From the NCBI GenBank assembly GCA_964593355.1, contig CAZQHM010000023.1:83-64082 (forward strand): a stretch of 64,000 nt of DNA, read 5' to 3'. The notes beneath the pieces are model-generated. The model did not search any database, was not told the origin of the DNA, and saw only the letters and a list, made by a program, of their open reading frames with translations. This document shows positions 61,856-64,000 of the stretch, one piece after another. Position numbers and translations under genes: made by a program. Numbering within the stretch: position 1 is the first letter of the stretch; every line of letters starts with the position of its first letter. This DNA is from an uncultured Myxococcales bacterium (lineage in GTDB: Bacteria > Myxococcota_A > UBA9042 > CAIXZC01).

Positions 61856-64000
61856 ATGAGAACGATATTTGGAATCGTTTTGGCCATTGTCGTAATATCA
61901 GCGGCGATCTCCTGCGGAGGGGATTCAAAGGTGGCCAAGGATGTAGTTGACTCAGGGGCGGTGAAGGACGTGCCCGACGTTTCGGGGGACCACCAGGGGG
62001 CCGACAGCGCACCGGTGGAGGTTGTGGATGTGAGTGGGCCCGAGCCTGTGGCGGACATTGAGGCCGCTGCCAGGGCCTTCAAGCTCTTCTATGCCGAGAG
62101 GGTTGACAGGACCGTCGTGGCATATAATAGATTTCAACTATTTGGGGATGTTACTTTTGGAACCACAATTGGCAAAGTTGGCATATCCAGAAAGGGTGAC
62201 GAATGGGAAATAATTGGCGGGCCGACGGACAATAATCAGATCGGGGAGTCCATGTGGCGGGCCTGGAACGCTTACCAGGTGTTCAGGAGCCGAAACCTGG
62301 AGTTGACGTTGATGCGGATGCTGGAGGGGCTGGTATTCTATGAGGCCGTGAGCGGCCATCCGGGGCTGACGGCCAGGTCTGTCTACCCAGGATGGACAAG
62401 GTATGTGGATGGCTACGCTGGCACCGTTGAGAGGACCAGGGGCGGCGTTGCATTCTCTCACCCGTTTCCTCCTTCGGCAGCACTGGAGTCGGAGATGATA
62501 GCGGCGTTCTTCGCAGACGGGAAGTTCACGTATCGTGAAGATCCGGAGGATATGCTACTTGATTATATGACTACTGCAGAGATGCATGACTTCATGGTGA
62601 CATATAGCTTTAGCATGCTTCCAAACTATCTCAGGGTCAGCGATTGTTGTGCCTCGCTGAAACGCGTGCCCGATGAGTATCCGTGGGGTGGAGCCTACTT
62701 CAGCAATCACAACTCCAGGGACAACTTTCCGGACCTGGCCATGGGTTTTCTGGTGGCCAGGGCCGCCATGAATGACCCGGAGTCTTCGGAGGAGCTACGG
62801 GGGGTAGCGACCAGGGCATGGGAGGCCGGAAAGCGGGTTGGTGATCTTGTGCAGGAGCATGGCGGAAGGTTCATGACGGTCGATGAGCACAATCCCTACG
62901 ACAAGCTCATAGTGGCCGGTGCGGTACGTCCTGATGGGGAGACAGAGCAGGAGGATCTTGGAAGCATTTCGGATTGCCAGATGGCCTTCCTGGCCCGGGC
63001 CTTGTCCAGCGAAGGGCTGGCAGTGCCGTTGCCCGAGCTGCCTGCTCCTGGGAGCGTGGAGTTTCTTCTGACGCCCATCGTGGGCGAGGAGGAGTGTCCG
63101 CTGGAGAAACCGGTGCGGTTGTGCAGGGCGCTGAACGACGGGTATTGCGGTAAGAGCTGGTCGAACATAGGGGAGCTCAAGTTTCTTGGGAAGCCGTGGC
63201 TGAAGGTGATTGAGGAGCTGGAGGCCAAGACTCCCGGCACAGCGCAGGGGCTCATAGGCAGCTTCCAGGATGACTTCCACGAGAAGACCATCGCTGCGTT
63301 GGCGCTTGTTATTCACGCCAGGCAGGTTGGCGATGAGGCGCTGCTGGAGTTGGCCCAGAGCGCTCTTGCCGAGATCACGTCGCTCCTGCGGTACTTTGGG
63401 AAGCTGGTCTGGGAGCGCACCAACCCCGCAAGCCTGGCTGAGCGCTACTATCGGATGGGGATTTACGAAGTTGATGGTGGTCTCGATGCTCCCCTGGCCG
63501 ATTTCGACTCTTTCACCAGGGCTGAAAGCCAGATGGCAAGGCTCGAAGCCCTGCTTCAGGTAGAGGAGGCCCCGGAGAAGCCACTGGTTACCGATGAGGA
63601 GTTGAAGGCGTTGGCGGATGCCAGGTTGGCCAAGCTCACCGATGCAGTTAGGGAGCGTTATGCCGAGGCTTACGGTGATGTTCCTCCGTTGCGGAGGGCT
63701 GGAGATGGCTACGAGGCCCGGATCTACCACAATGGCCAACTTGGGCCCTGGTACCCGGTTGAGAACCAGCATCACGTCACAACAGGCGGTTTCCGCTTTC
63801 TGGAGTCGGCCACGCTGTGCGTGTCGGCACCACATCTTCTTGATTGCACCTGGGCCAAGCTGGGATGCGCCCGGCCTGATTTGAACAGCGACGGCAAAGT
63901 CGATGACGCCGACGCAGCGCTGTTCAATGATGGGAAGACGAAGGCCGGAGCAGAGCCGTGCTCAGAGGGGAACTCCTGGTGCGGTGGCGCCGATCTGGAT
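61856..64000 (+). CDS. 3'-partial gene: large lipoprotein with dockerin-like Ca-binding loop motif at its C-terminal end (no stop within window)
   Basis: GGAGGTGG RBS at 61841-61848. ATG at 61856 gives MRTIFGIVLAIVVISAAISC (lipobox). The frame stays open for 715 codons to the window end. The tail contains DLNSDGKVDDAD, then GADLD at the edge. Confidence 0.6.
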   Translation, partial: MRTIFGIVLAIVVISAAISCGGDSKVAKDVVDSGAVKDVPDVSGDHQGADSAPVEVVDVSGPEPVADIEAAARAFKLFYAERVDRTVVAYNRFQLFGDVTFGTTIGKVGISRKGDEWEIIGGPTDNNQIGESMWRAWNAYQVFRSRNLELTLMRMLEGLVFYEAVSGHPGLTARSVYPGWTRYVDGYAGTVERTRGGVAFSHPFPPSAALESEMIAAFFADGKFTYREDPEDMLLDYMTTAEMHDFMVTYSFSMLPNYLRVSDCCASLKRVPDEYPWGGAYFSNHNSRDNFPDLAMGFLVARAAMNDPESSEELRGVATRAWEAGKRVGDLVQEHGGRFMTVDEHNPYDKLIVAGAVRPDGETEQEDLGSISDCQMAFLARALSSEGLAVPLPELPAPGSVEFLLTPIVGEEECPLEKPVRLCRALNDGYCGKSWSNIGELKFLGKPWLKVIEELEAKTPGTAQGLIGSFQDDFHEKTIAALALVIHARQVGDEALLELAQSALAEITSLLRYFGKLVWERTNPASLAERYYRMGIYEVDGGLDAPLADFDSFTRAESQMARLEALLQVEEAPEKPLVTDEELKALADARLAKLTDAVRERYAEAYGDVPPLRRAGDGYEARIYHNGQLGPWYPVENQHHVTTGGFRFLESATLCVSAPHLLDCTWAKLGCARPDLNSDGKVDDADAALFNDGKTKAGAEPCSEGNSWCGGADLD

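Overview
This is a gene-dense, roughly 60% GC bacterial chromosomal segment with about 50 protein-coding genes on both strands. I found no rRNA, tRNA, CRISPR array, transposase or integrase. Several features point to a Myxococcota-like (deltaproteobacterial) organism: a MYXO-CTERM-like sorting tail, many Cys-rich secreted lipoproteins, a type IV pilus block in the Myxococcus order pilB-pilT-pilC-pilS-pilR, and a PrkA/YeaH/SpoVR stress module.

Recognisable blocks, in order:
- 0.3-7 kb: a lipoprotein-rich stretch (acidic lipoprotein, Cys-rich MYXO-CTERM protein, duplicated 'CPFG' thioredoxin-fold lipoprotein, large beta-sandwich lipoprotein).
- 7.8-10.7 kb: an RNase Z-like MBL hydrolase gene overlapping a CCA/poly(A)-polymerase-family nucleotidyltransferase gene, followed by thymidine kinase.
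- 12.3-15.9 kb: a three-subunit molybdenum hydroxylase operon (FAD, 2Fe-2S and Mo subunits).
- 17.4-18.6 kb: TauE/SafE exporter plus a small partner membrane protein.
- 23.7-25.7 kb: UvrD/PcrA-family helicase.
- 28.7-31.2 kb: GrpE and a phytoene-desaturase-family oxidoreductase.
- 33.6-34.6 kb: rsfS and rlmH.
- 34.6-42.1 kb: pilR, pilS, pilC, pilT, pilB (no pilA).
- 42.2-49 kb: M20 peptidase, an ABC ATPase/permease/membrane-protein operon, a DegT aminotransferase, a UDP-sugar epimerase/dehydratase and a hypothetical membrane protein.
- 49.2-52.5 kb: a 1120-aa lipoprotein with MopE-like CDGxDNDCDG metal-binding repeats and a poly-Gly C-terminus.
- 53.8-61.8 kb: M24 peptidase, prkA-yeaH-spoVR, RNase HI, and an EEP-family nuclease/phosphatase whose 5' region carries a 96-bp tandem repeat.
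- 61.9 kb to the window end: a partial lipoprotein ending in a dockerin-like Ca-loop motif.

The observations most worth follow-up are:
1. A solitary tandem-BMC-domain (BMC-T-like) shell protein gene at 20.8-21.4 kb, with no other microcompartment genes in the window.
2. A perfectly conserved 17-20-nt sequence present three times in intergenic DNA, two copies directly flanking the crtI-like gene.
3. The giant Cys-/Gly-rich lipoprotein at 49.2-52.5 kb.
4. A domain shared between two large secreted proteins.
5. The pilA-less pil block with its nearby ABC module.

Coordinates follow the supplied ORF track. Internal start codons were re-chosen from RBS and signal-peptide evidence. In the 49.2-53.6 kb region my manual position count differed by 1 nt from the ORF track, so track coordinates are used there.
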